NCBI GenBank assembly: GCA_963819765.1
Contig: CAWFXF010000001.1
Coordinates: forward strand, 206,506-270,505
DNA length: 64,000 nt
DNA from: an uncultured Acidobacteriaceae bacterium
Lineage (GTDB): Bacteria; Acidobacteriota; Terriglobia; Terriglobales; Acidobacteriaceae
Direction of reading: 5' to 3'
A program made the position numbers and the translations under genes. Shown in pieces: positions 36,210 through 44,410 of the stretch. The notes under the pieces were generated by a model, which had not been told where the DNA came from, made no database searches, and saw only the letters and a program-made list of their open reading frames with translations. Numbering within the stretch: position 1 is the first letter of the stretch; each line of letters begins with the position of its first letter.

Positions 36210-36323
36210 ATGAGTTCTTCGCATGAGTCGGAGCCGTGGATCGATCGATGGTGGCCGCTGCTGGTGATTCTTTATGGTGTTCTGTTTGTGACGTTTATCA
36301 CGCAGTTTTATCCGACCTGGTAG
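36210..36323 (+). CDS. 37-aa single-TM micro-protein coupled to the ECF sigma gene
   Basis: The ATG lies 1 nt after the sigma stop (TGAgATG), with GGGAGG 8 nt upstream. Translation: MSSSHESEPWIDRWWPLLVILYGVLFVTFITQFYPTW. It is below the ORF-track size cutoff. Confidence 0.4.
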   Translation: MSSSHESEPWIDRWWPLLVILYGVLFVTFITQFYPTW

Positions 36324-36344
36324 ATCGGTTTCCGGCGTAAACGC

Positions 36345-36396
36345 GGCATCCTTTGGCTGGGCCAGGACAGGTTCGGCGAGGATGCCTTTTCATTTT
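36345..36396 (+). terminator. hairpin plus T-tract after the sigma/micro-ORF unit
   Basis: GGCATCC...(28 nt)...GGATGCC followed by TTTTCATTTT. Confidence 0.45.
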
Positions 36397-36668
36397 GTGT
36401 GAAGGGCTACGCTGAAGTTGACTTGCGAAGCAGAAAGCAGTCCCTCAGCGGCTAAAGCCGCGATTCGAGACAATGTTCTCCTCGGCACGGTTGAAGACGT
36501 GCCCTTCCGCACAACTTATTTTTTAGGGAAGCACTGTCCATCTTTGGGCAAGCGAATCCGTTTCCGGACATTGAGTGGGGTATTAAGTTGTCACACGTTA
36601 TTGATAAATCGCACGTTAGAGTGTGGCCTATCGTGTGCTTGTCTTCGTGTCCATAAAGGGAAAAGACT

Positions 36669-39200
36669 ATGGTCACGCTGATGCAGGATGTTCGGTTTGC
36701 TCTGCGGCAGTTGCGGAAGATGCCTGCCTTCACGGTTACGGTTCTGCTGACCCTGGCGCTTGGGATCGGGGCGAACTCGGCGATCTTTACGCTGGTGAAT
36801 ACGGTGCTGCTGAAGAACCTGCCGGTAGCGGACCCGAAGACGCTGGTGCGGGTGGGGGATACGAATGACTGCTGCGTCGGCTGGGGAATGCGTGACAACG
36901 GCGACTATTCGCTGCTGTCGACCGATGTGTATGAGCGGATGAAGAAGAACGCGCCGGAGTTTGAAGAGCTGTCGGCGATCCAGGCTGGATTCGGGTACAG
37001 GCCGATTACGGTGCGGCACGATGGAGCGGATTCCCTGGCGCGGTCGGCGATGGGCGAGTTTGTTTCGGGCAATTACTTTCGCACGTTTGGGCTGCGGCCG
37101 GCTTCGGGACGGTTATTCACGGACAACGATGATGTGACGGGCGCGCCGATGACGGCTGTGCTGAGCTACGAGTCGTGGCAGCGCCAGTATGCGGGCGCTG
37201 CTTCGATCGTGGGTTCGACGTTCTGGGTGAACACGAAGCCGGTGACGATTGTGGGGATTGCGCCGAAGGGGTTTTATGGCGACCGGCTGATGAGCACGCC
37301 TCCGGAGTTTTATCTGCCGATGGAGACGATGCCGGAGATCATGAGCGTGCCGTATGTGCATGATCCGGGGACGAACTGGCTTTACATTGTGGGACGCGTA
37401 AAGCCGGGGACGGCGATGGGACCGTTGCAGGAAAAGCTGAGCGCGACGCTGCGGCAGTCGTGGGAGGCGACAGGGAGATTCAAGGGCACGAAAGGCAGAG
37501 AGCAGCTGGCGCGGGCACACGTTACGCTTGCGCCGGGCGGGGCGGGGATCCAGACGATGCAGGAGGAGTATGGAGAGCATCTGCACCTGCTGATGTGGTG
37601 CGCGGTACTGGTGCTGCTGGTGGCGTGCGCGAATATTGCGAATCTTCTGCTGGTGCGAGGAATGACGCGGCGGTTGGAGATGTCGGTGCGCGCGGCGCTG
37701 GGCGCGGCGCGGAGAAGAATTGTGCGGCAGTTGCTGACGGAGAGCCTGCTGCTGTCGACGATCGGGGGATTGCTTGGGCTGGTGGTGGCCTATGCGGGGA
37801 CGAGGATGCTGATCGCGCTGGCGTTTCCGGGAGAGCAGAATGTTCCGATTGCGGCGAGTCCGTCGATTGCGGTGATCGGGTTTGCGATCGGGTTGTCGGT
37901 GGCGACGGGGGTGTTGTTTGGCGTGGCTCCGGCGTGGATGGCGGCGAAGGCGGAGCCGGCAGATGCTCTGCGAAGCGGTGCGCGCACGGTTTCGGGGAGG
38001 GCTTCGAAGCTGCAGCGCGCGCTGGTGGTGGTGCAGGCAGGGTTGTCGCTGGTTCTGCTGGTGTGCGCGGGTTTGTTTTCACAGAGCCTGAACAAACTTG
38101 AGAACACGGACATGAAGCTGGATGCGAGGAACCGGTACATCGTGCACATCAATCCGCAGGCAGCGGGATACAAGCAGACGGAGCTGGAGGCGCTGTACCG
38201 GACGATGGAGGAGCGGTTCCATGCGGTGCCTGGCGTAGTGAAGGTGGGGATCGCGACGTACACGGCCATGGAGGACAACAACTCGGGGTCGGACTGGCAC
38301 GTGCAGGGGAAGTCGAGCCTGGGCTATGGCGCGTCGTACGTGAAGGGAAATGCGGAGTACTTCGACTCGGTGGGAACGCGGGTTGTGAAGGGGCGCGGGA
38401 TCGGGATGCAGGATACATCGACGGCTCCGACGGTTGCAGTGGTGAACGAGGCGTTTGTGAAGAGGTTCTTTGGGGCCGAGAATCCCGTTGGACGGCGGAT
38501 TGGGACCTCGACGGAGTCTTCGGGAGACTACGAGATTGTGGGCGTGGTGGAGGATACGGCTTACATGAGCGTGCGGTGGAAGAATCATTCCATGGTGTTT
38601 ATCCCGATCATGCAGCGTCCGCCGAGTGAGAAGGGGCCGATTGAGGATGATCTGGAACTGTATGCGAGCGTGATTGTGGTCCAGACCGAGCGGCCGATGA
38701 ACGATATGGAGACGCTGGCGCGAAGGACGCTGGGGGGGATCAATCCGAATCTGACGGTTGTGAAGTTCCAGACGTTCGATCAGCAGATTGCGGACCGGTT
38801 CAGCGAAGACCGGATGCTCGCGCGGCTGACAACGCTGTTTGGAGGTTTGGCGCTGCTGCTGGCGATGATCGGGCTTTATGGCGTGACGGCGTATACGGTC
38901 GTTCGGCGAACCTCTGAGATCGGGATCAGGATGGCGCTAGGGGCGGACCGGGCTGGTGTGATTGCGATGATTCTGCGCGGAGTGATCGTGCAGGCATTGC
39001 TGGGACTGGCGATTGGAGTTCCGGTGGCCCTGCTTTGCGTGCAGTTTGTGAAAGCCCAGTTGTATGAGATTACGAATGTAAATGCCGGAGTGCTGGCGGG
39101 GGCAGTGGCGACGCTTGCGGTGGCGGCCTGTGTGGCGGGGCTGATTCCGGCGCGACGGGCGGCTTCCATTGATCCGGTGGAGGCTTTGCGGACGGAGTAG
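36669..39200 (+). CDS. ADOP-family duplicated MacB/FtsX-type ABC permease (second copy)
   Basis: 843 aa. VRFALRQLRKMPAFTVTVLLTLALGIGANSAIFTLVNT and two FtsX modules. No ATPase gene is adjacent. Confidence 0.9.
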   Translation: MVTLMQDVRFALRQLRKMPAFTVTVLLTLALGIGANSAIFTLVNTVLLKNLPVADPKTLVRVGDTNDCCVGWGMRDNGDYSLLSTDVYERMKKNAPEFEELSAIQAGFGYRPITVRHDGADSLARSAMGEFVSGNYFRTFGLRPASGRLFTDNDDVTGAPMTAVLSYESWQRQYAGAASIVGSTFWVNTKPVTIVGIAPKGFYGDRLMSTPPEFYLPMETMPEIMSVPYVHDPGTNWLYIVGRVKPGTAMGPLQEKLSATLRQSWEATGRFKGTKGREQLARAHVTLAPGGAGIQTMQEEYGEHLHLLMWCAVLVLLVACANIANLLLVRGMTRRLEMSVRAALGAARRRIVRQLLTESLLLSTIGGLLGLVVAYAGTRMLIALAFPGEQNVPIAASPSIAVIGFAIGLSVATGVLFGVAPAWMAAKAEPADALRSGARTVSGRASKLQRALVVVQAGLSLVLLVCAGLFSQSLNKLENTDMKLDARNRYIVHINPQAAGYKQTELEALYRTMEERFHAVPGVVKVGIATYTAMEDNNSGSDWHVQGKSSLGYGASYVKGNAEYFDSVGTRVVKGRGIGMQDTSTAPTVAVVNEAFVKRFFGAENPVGRRIGTSTESSGDYEIVGVVEDTAYMSVRWKNHSMVFIPIMQRPPSEKGPIEDDLELYASVIVVQTERPMNDMETLARRTLGGINPNLTVVKFQTFDQQIADRFSEDRMLARLTTLFGGLALLLAMIGLYGVTAYTVVRRTSEIGIRMALGADRAGVIAMILRGVIVQALLGLAIGVPVALLCVQFVKAQLYEITNVNAGVLAGAVATLAVAACVAGLIPARRAASIDPVEALRTE

Positions 39201-39276
39201 CGAGTTTTCCTTGTTTGCGGGGTGGATTCGCACAGGGCGGCCTGAGGTTGAGTCCTGCGATACTAAAGGACGACCG

Positions 39277-40032
39277 ATGGCTGAAATTTGTCCAATTTGT
39301 GAAGGCGCGGGGCTGCGGATCGTGCAGCGCGATGGGCGGCAGTTTGCCGAGGAATGCGAGTGCCGCGGCCGGGAGCGGTCTGCACGGAGGCTCGTCCGGG
39401 CCGGGGTTCCGCGGCGGTATGAGCACTGCACCCTGGAGAGCTATGAGACAAACTTTCCCTCGGCGAACCGTTCGCTGGGACCGGCGTTATTGCGGGCGAA
39501 GAAGTTTGTGGAGAGCTATCCGCTGGAGACGTCCGGGACTGGGTTGCTGCTGACGGGGCAGATCGGGGTGGGGAAGACGCACCTGGCGGTGGGAATTCTG
39601 CAGGCTCTCGTTGTGGACCGCGGGGCGACAGGATTGTTTTACGACTATCGGGATTTACTGAAGCAGGTGGGGAACAGCTACAACCCGCAGGTTCGGGAGA
39701 CGGAGCTAGAGGTGCTTCGGCCGGTGTTTGAAGCTGAGGTGCTGGTGCTGGACGAGCTGGGGGCAGCGAAGCCAACGGACTGGGTTTGGGATACGGTCGC
39801 GCATATTCTGAACACCCGGTATAACGACCGGCGAACGACGATCATCACGACGAACTATGCGAATCTGGGCCCCCTGGGGACGGAGATGGGGCCACGGGGA
39901 ACTGTGCGGGAAGAGACACTGGGCGACAGGATCGGCGAGCGGATGCGGTCGCGGCTGCAGGAGATGTGTGTGGTGGTGGAGATGCAGGGAGAGGATTTTC
40001 GGCAGGGTGTGAAGCGGGCTCGTTTCGGGTGA
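39277..40032 (+). CDS. DnaC/IstB-like AAA+ ATPase with N-terminal Cys-rich (zinc-ribbon-like) segment
   Basis: MAEICPICEGAG...ECECRG, Walker A GQIGVGKTH, Walker B LVLDELG and sensor TTIITTN. The internal Met (39277) is the likely start. Confidence 0.7.
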   Translation: MAEICPICEGAGLRIVQRDGRQFAEECECRGRERSARRLVRAGVPRRYEHCTLESYETNFPSANRSLGPALLRAKKFVESYPLETSGTGLLLTGQIGVGKTHLAVGILQALVVDRGATGLFYDYRDLLKQVGNSYNPQVRETELEVLRPVFEAEVLVLDELGAAKPTDWVWDTVAHILNTRYNDRRTTIITTNYANLGPLGTEMGPRGTVREETLGDRIGERMRSRLQEMCVVVEMQGEDFRQGVKRARFG

Positions 40033-40071
40033 TCTGGGAAAGATGATCAGGGAAAGGTGATCCGGGAAAGA
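40030..40071. repeat. three exact-phase tandem 14-mers TGATC[T/A/C]GGGAAAG[A/G], each containing GATC
   Basis: TGATCTGGGAAAGA TGATCAGGGAAAGG TGATCCGGGAAAGA. The first TGA is the stop codon of the DnaC-like gene. A degenerate fourth unit follows (..CAAGGGAAGG). Confidence 0.85.
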
Positions 40072-40123
40072 CGAACGCAAGGGAAGGCCGCGCAAAGTAC
40101 GCAGAGGATCACTTGCCGGCCAA

Positions 40124-40276
40124 CTACATCACTGTGATGAGCAGGAAGATTCCGGCAACCATCGCGGCAATGCGATAGATGTAATCCGCGGCGTTTGAGG
40201 CCTTCGGGGTCTGTGCTCGGACTGACTTTGCCGGTGTCAGGTCTGAGATCAGCGCTTTGGCGTTTGGGGAGGCCAT
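40124..40276 (-). CDS. 50-aa tail-anchored micro-protein (hypothetical)
   Basis: The ATG is preceded by AAGGAAG (7-nt spacer). Translation: MASPNAKALISDLTPAKSVRAQTPKASNAADYIYRIAAMVAGIFLLITVM. It is below the ORF-track cutoff. Confidence 0.45.
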   Translation of the reverse strand: MASPNAKALISDLTPAKSVRAQTPKASNAADYIYRIAAMVAGIFLLITVM

Positions 40277-40609
40277 GGCTACTTCCTTCTTAAAGCATCT
40301 GATGATCGTTAACGCGATGTTGCCTCAAGAAGTTCTGGTGGTGAATGAAAATCGCGCTAACTTTTGTTCTGGAGTGCTTTGCTGTATTCGTGGTTAGAAA
40401 TTGGCGGCGAAGAAAAGGGTGCTTTTGGCGAACTGCATTTTTTCCAGTGATGATCTTCATGCCACTCGATGAAACGCATCGGATGGATAGGTGTGCCAGG
40501 GTGGGGCTACGATTGAGAGCACGGGTTCCACGGTAGAGTTCCGCAGGTGCAAAATCATTGGGATCGGCTTTAGAATCCGTGTTTATGAGCGGACCAGGAG
40601 GAGAAGGCC

Positions 40610-41176
40610 ATGGGTGGGAGCGGAAATCCCGGAGGATTAAAAGAGAGCGGTCAGGGGCCGTCGAAGATCGTTCCTGACTTTGGATCAAAGACACCGCAGG
40701 GTTCAGGCATGCCGACCTGGGCGTGGCTGGCGGCCGGGTTGGTGGTCGTGGCGGTTCTGCTGGGGCTCATCATGGCGGGACGGAAAAAGGCTCCGACAGT
40801 GACCGGGATTCAACCGATCGCTGCGTATGCGGAGAATCTGCCGATCTCCGGACTGCAAATGAGTGAGTCGACAAGCCTTTCGGGCGGGAAGTCTACGTTC
40901 GTCGATGGCCGGGTCGAAAATCATGGCGGTCAGACGGTCAGCGGGGTGACCGTGCAGGTGATTTTCCGCAACGATGAGGGGTTGCCACCGCAGGTGGAGA
41001 CGGTGCCGCTGATGCTGATCCGGACCCGGGAACCTTATGTGGATACACAGACGGTCGGGTCGGCTCCATTGAAACCAGGAGATGACCGGGAGTTTCGGCT
41101 GATTTTCGAGTCGATTCCTACGAACTGGAACCAGCAGATGCCGGAGATCCGGATCATTCGGGTGGATGCAAAGTAG
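40610..41176 (+). CDS. single-pass membrane protein with periplasmic beta-sandwich-like domain (hypothetical)
   Basis: RBS GGAGGAGAAGG, TM helix WAWLAAGLVVVAVLLGLIMAG, then GRVENHGGQTVSGVTVQVIFRND... Confidence 0.6.
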   Translation: MGGSGNPGGLKESGQGPSKIVPDFGSKTPQGSGMPTWAWLAAGLVVVAVLLGLIMAGRKKAPTVTGIQPIAAYAENLPISGLQMSESTSLSGGKSTFVDGRVENHGGQTVSGVTVQVIFRNDEGLPPQVETVPLMLIRTREPYVDTQTVGSAPLKPGDDREFRLIFESIPTNWNQQMPEIRIIRVDAK

Positions 41177-41335
41177 CCAGGGAAAAAGGCTCGTGAGCGG
41201 CGAGAAGGTCATGCGGCAATAGTTACCGGTATCCCGGAAGAAATTGCGGGAATTCTCTGGCTGGTTGCGGGGCTGGCTACGGCGCATTTTTCAGAAAATC
41301 ATTTGTTTTCAATGCTTCTGACGCTGAGCGCGGTT

Positions 41336-41351
41336 TGGCATGCGAGATGCT
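41336..41351 (+). promoter_or_regulatory. sigma-54-like -24/-12 element (TGGCAT-N5-ATGCT)
   Basis: The GG-N10-GC spacing is correct and the element lies 65 nt upstream of the OmpA-like ATG. This is a single weak match. Confidence 0.25.
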
Positions 41352-41415
41352 CTAGAGGATGGCGTGTGAACGTCTGGAACGTCAGGCGGATCCGGCAGTA
41401 CCCAGGAGTAAAAAT

Positions 41416-42330
41416 ATGATGAGAACTGGAAGTACTTTTGGCCTCTCAGTTTTGGTGCTAGGCGGAGCGATGGGAATGTCGGCTCTGGCGCAGTCGAGCG
41501 ATCCGACGCAGGCAAGCGGTCAGTCCGCTTCGACGGTAACGAAGAGCTCGATGAACGTGGATGACAAGTCGACGTATGCCACGGGACAGCCGCTGCAGCA
41601 GGAATCGAAAGAGGGATTCTGGGGACATATGAATCCTCTGGCTCGTAAGAAGTGGGTGCACAGGCAGGTCGATCCGATCAAGGACCGCACGAACGAGCTC
41701 GATCAGCTTCAGGCAAAGAATGCAAATGATATCCGCGACGTAGATTCGCGGGCGACATCGGGCATCAACAAGGCGATGCTTGCGGCCAATACAGCCGACC
41801 AGCATGCGGCGGAAGCTGCCAATCGCGCCAATGCAGCTCAAAGCACAGCAACGAATGCGAGCACCCGCACGGACGCTCTGCATGGCACGGTAAGCAATCT
41901 GGACCAATACAAGGAAGTGACTTCGGCTGAGGTTCCCTTCGCTTCGGGACATACGGCGCTAGGCCCGAAGGGCAAGGCAAGCCTGGACGATATGGCCACG
42001 AAGCTGGCGAACGAGAAGGGATACATCGTCGAAGTGCAGGGCTACAGCCGCGGCGGCGTACAGACCTCGCAGGCGATGGCTGATGCTGTGGTTCGCTATC
42101 TCGTGACGGAGCACCAGGTTCCTGTTTACCGCATCTACCGCACGGGCATGGGCCGCAATACGGCGCAGGCCGCCGAGGGAGAGAAGCTTCTCACCAATGG
42201 CGTCCGCGTGACACTGCTGCACAACAGCCTGGCAACGATGGATTCAACCTCGGCGTCGAATAATGTTCCGGCGTCGCCGACAACGACCTCGCGTTCGGGA
42301 GTGAGCGCTCCCCCGGATTCGAACCAGTAG
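41416..42330 (+). CDS. OmpA-C-like peptidoglycan-binding protein with N-terminal Ala/Asn-rich coiled coil
   Basis: AGGAG RBS and signal peptide MMRTGSTFGLSVLVLGGAMGMSALAQ. A coiled segment (NELDQLQAKNANDIRDVDSRA...AAEAANRANAAQSTATNAS) precedes an OmpA-like domain (GYIVEVQGYSRGG...AVVRYLVTEHQVPVYRI). Confidence 0.7.
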   Translation: MMRTGSTFGLSVLVLGGAMGMSALAQSSDPTQASGQSASTVTKSSMNVDDKSTYATGQPLQQESKEGFWGHMNPLARKKWVHRQVDPIKDRTNELDQLQAKNANDIRDVDSRATSGINKAMLAANTADQHAAEAANRANAAQSTATNASTRTDALHGTVSNLDQYKEVTSAEVPFASGHTALGPKGKASLDDMATKLANEKGYIVEVQGYSRGGVQTSQAMADAVVRYLVTEHQVPVYRIYRTGMGRNTAQAAEGEKLLTNGVRVTLLHNSLATMDSTSASNNVPASPTTTSRSGVSAPPDSNQ

Positions 42331-42467
42331 CCCTCCCCCCCAGAAGGGCGGCACGGGCCGGGCAGAGATGCCTGAGTGCCGCCCCAAAGATTAGCAAGTT
42401 TGTTGAGCCGCGGCGAAGATCGCTCTCAACAATAGACTCTCCTAACCAGAGAGAACCAAGGCAGATT

Positions 42468-42495
42468 GGCCCCTCATGCGAGGGGCCGTTTTTTT
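42468..42495 (+). terminator. intrinsic terminator
   Basis: GGCCCCTC-ATGC-GAGGGGCC followed by GTTTTTTT. Confidence 0.8.
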
Positions 42496-42577
42496 GGTTT
42501 TCAAATGAACAAAATTTGTGGCGCTCATTCCGATTTCCGGTGGGAAGACAGATTCGCGCTATCTGCAGGAAAAGGAC

Positions 42578-43414
42578 CTAGCTGCTCAGGCCTTTGACTG
42601 TCTCGTGAATGGCGAGCAAGGTTTCGAGAACGGCTTTGAGGTGGTTCAGATGGAGGGCGTTGGCTCCATCGGATTTGGCCTGGGGCGGGTCGTTGTGTAC
42701 TTCGAGGAAGACTCCGTCGACCCCGGCGGCTACGGCGGCGCGGGCGAGGACGGGGATGAACTCGGGCTGGCCACCGGAGACTCCGTTGGCGGCTGAGGGG
42801 GTCTGGACGGAGTGGGTGCCGTCGAAGACGACGGGAGCGAAGGCTCGCATGATGGGGAGAGAGCGCATGTCGACGACGAGGTTGTTGTAGCCGAAGCTGG
42901 CGCCGCGCTCGGTGAGGGAGACACGGGGACAGCCGGCTTCACGGACTTTTTCGACGGCGTGGCGCATGTCGTGCGGGGCGACGAACTGGCCCTTCTTGAT
43001 GTTGATGGCGCGGTGGCTGGCCTGGGCGGCTTTGGCGGCGGCGATGAGGAGATCGGTCTGGCGGCAGAGGAAGGCGGGGATCTGGAGGATGTCGACGGAG
43101 TCGGCTACGGCGGCACAGTCGTGGTCGGTGTGGACGTCGGTGAGGACGGGGAGATGGTTGGACTCGCGGATGGTGCGGAGGATGCGAGTGCCTTCGGCGA
43201 GGCCCGGACCGCGGAAGCTATGGATGGAGGTGCGGTTGGCTTTGTCGTAGCTGGCTTTGAAGATATAGGGAACGCCGAGGTCGGACGTGATGCGCTGGAT
43301 AGAATCGGCCATCATGCGGGCATGTTGTTCGGATTCGATGACGCAGGGGCCGGCGATGAGGAAGAGCTTGCCGTGGCCGACTGAGACGTTGCCGATTTCG
43401 AAAGGGAGATTCAC
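42578..43414 (-). CDS. kdsA: 3-deoxy-8-phosphooctulonate synthase
   Basis: LIAGPCVIES, KASYDKANRTS and VFDGTHSVQ. A probable GTG start (43414) gives MNLPFEIGNVSV. The track ORF runs to 43939, but the extension is junk. Confidence 0.9.
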   Translation of the reverse strand: MNLPFEIGNVSVGHGKLFLIAGPCVIESEQHARMMADSIQRITSDLGVPYIFKASYDKANRTSIHSFRGPGLAEGTRILRTIRESNHLPVLTDVHTDHDCAAVADSVDILQIPAFLCRQTDLLIAAAKAAQASHRAINIKKGQFVAPHDMRHAVEKVREAGCPRVSLTERGASFGYNNLVVDMRSLPIMRAFAPVVFDGTHSVQTPSAANGVSGGQPEFIPVLARAAVAAGVDGVFLEVHNDPPQAKSDGANALHLNHLKAVLETLLAIHETVKGLSS

Positions 43415-43447
43415 AAAGATTATTTGACCACAGCGAGGGCAGGGCGG

Positions 43448-43476
43448 TTGACAGGTGGCGAGAATAGTTGTATATA
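43448..43476 (+). promoter_or_regulatory. sigma-70-type promoter TTGACA-17-TATATA
   Basis: TTGACA at 43448-43453, a 17-nt spacer and TATATA at 43471-43476, about 40 nt upstream of the 43517 ATG. Confidence 0.5.
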
Positions 43477-43486
43477 AAACTATATT

Positions 43487-43502
43487 GGTTGCATATGCAA
43501 CC
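43487..43502. promoter_or_regulatory. perfect 16-bp palindrome GGTTGCATATGCAACC (candidate MarR operator)
   Basis: It lies between the -10 and the RBS of the operon that ends with a MarR gene, inside the divergent kdsA/43517 intergenic region. Confidence 0.55.
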
Positions 43503-43516
43503 CGATGGAGGATTTC

Positions 43517-43918
43517 ATGCTTCTGCACACTCTTTCCGCTCTTGCGATAGGCGTAGGTCTTCAAGTACAGGCGGCTGCGCCTCCCCCTGTCAACGTCACC
43601 GAGGTGATGGCGATGCTCACAGTCAAACCGGGAATCACGCGGTCTGACGTCATGAAGGTCATGCCTGAGGAGATGCGGGAGACGGCAGGCCTCTACCTGG
43701 AAGGAAAGATCGAGCAGTGGTACTCGCGCGGTGACGGGAGGGGCGTTGTCTTTTTCCTGCGCTGCCGCACGGTGGACGAAGCGAAGGAGATCATGGACGG
43801 CTTGCCGTTGCACAAGGCAGGATATGTCGATGTCGATTATGTTCCGGTTGGGCCGCTCGTGCCTCTGCGGTTTCTGATGGGGGCATCGAATCACGCGGAG
43901 GGCGCCGGGACGCGATAG
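43517..43918 (+). CDS. small secreted hypothetical protein
   Basis: GGAGGA RBS and signal peptide MLLHTLSALAIGVGLQVQA. I recognised no family. Confidence 0.55.
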   Translation: MLLHTLSALAIGVGLQVQAAAPPPVNVTEVMAMLTVKPGITRSDVMKVMPEEMRETAGLYLEGKIEQWYSRGDGRGVVFFLRCRTVDEAKEIMDGLPLHKAGYVDVDYVPVGPLVPLRFLMGASNHAEGAGTR

Positions 43919-43928
43919 GCTAGTCAGG

Positions 43929-44393
43929 ATGAGAAGCAATTCAACGGACGAGCTGGCAAACCGCTCTCCTGCGTGCGCGCTGGCTACGACACGCCGGACG
44001 GCCCGGCTATTGACCCAGCTCTATGACAGCTACCTGGCCGTAACGGGCATCGAGGCTGCGCAGTTTGCGCTGCTGATGATGCTCGATGCGGCACAGGACA
44101 AGGGACAGGCCGCGCTGGGACAGACGCTGGGCATGGACAAAACGACGCTTTCACGCAACCTGAAGCTGCTGCGCGATAAGGGCTGGGTTGAGTCAGTGCA
44201 GGAGAAGGATGCTCGCCGGAGGAGCATCTCGCTGACCAGTGCGGGACGGGCGAGGCTGCGGGAGGCTCAGCCTGCATGGCGCAAAGCAGGCGAAGAATTG
44301 CGCAAGGGGATGAGCGAGCGTGAGTGGGCGGCGATGTGGTCAACGCTCCGCGCCATGACGCGTGCCGCCTCAACGGCGATGGAGAAGAAATAG
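43929..44393 (+). CDS. MarR-family transcriptional regulator
   Basis: Winged-helix segment LGMDKTTLSRNLKLLRDKGWVESVQEKDARRRSISLTSAGR. Confidence 0.85.
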   Translation: MRSNSTDELANRSPACALATTRRTARLLTQLYDSYLAVTGIEAAQFALLMMLDAAQDKGQAALGQTLGMDKTTLSRNLKLLRDKGWVESVQEKDARRRSISLTSAGRARLREAQPAWRKAGEELRKGMSEREWAAMWSTLRAMTRAASTAMEKK

Positions 44394-44410
44394 CAACGTG
44401 CGGGAGTGAC

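Noticed and set aside
39277-40032. IstB-like ATPase as a sign of an IS21-family element
   Set aside because: There is no IstA transposase, no terminal inverted repeats and no target duplication nearby. It is treated as a chromosomal AAA+ gene.
40030-40071. 14-nt tandem repeats as a CRISPR array or an oriC-type GATC cluster next to a DnaC-like gene
   Set aside because: The repeats are contiguous with no spacers and far shorter than CRISPR repeats. I found no cluster of DnaA boxes (TTATCCACA-like) in 40030-40610.
42301-42330. GGTTCGAATCC-like T-loop string on the minus strand (possible tRNA)
   Set aside because: It lies inside the OmpA-like coding frame and has no acceptor stem, no anticodon arm and no CCA context.
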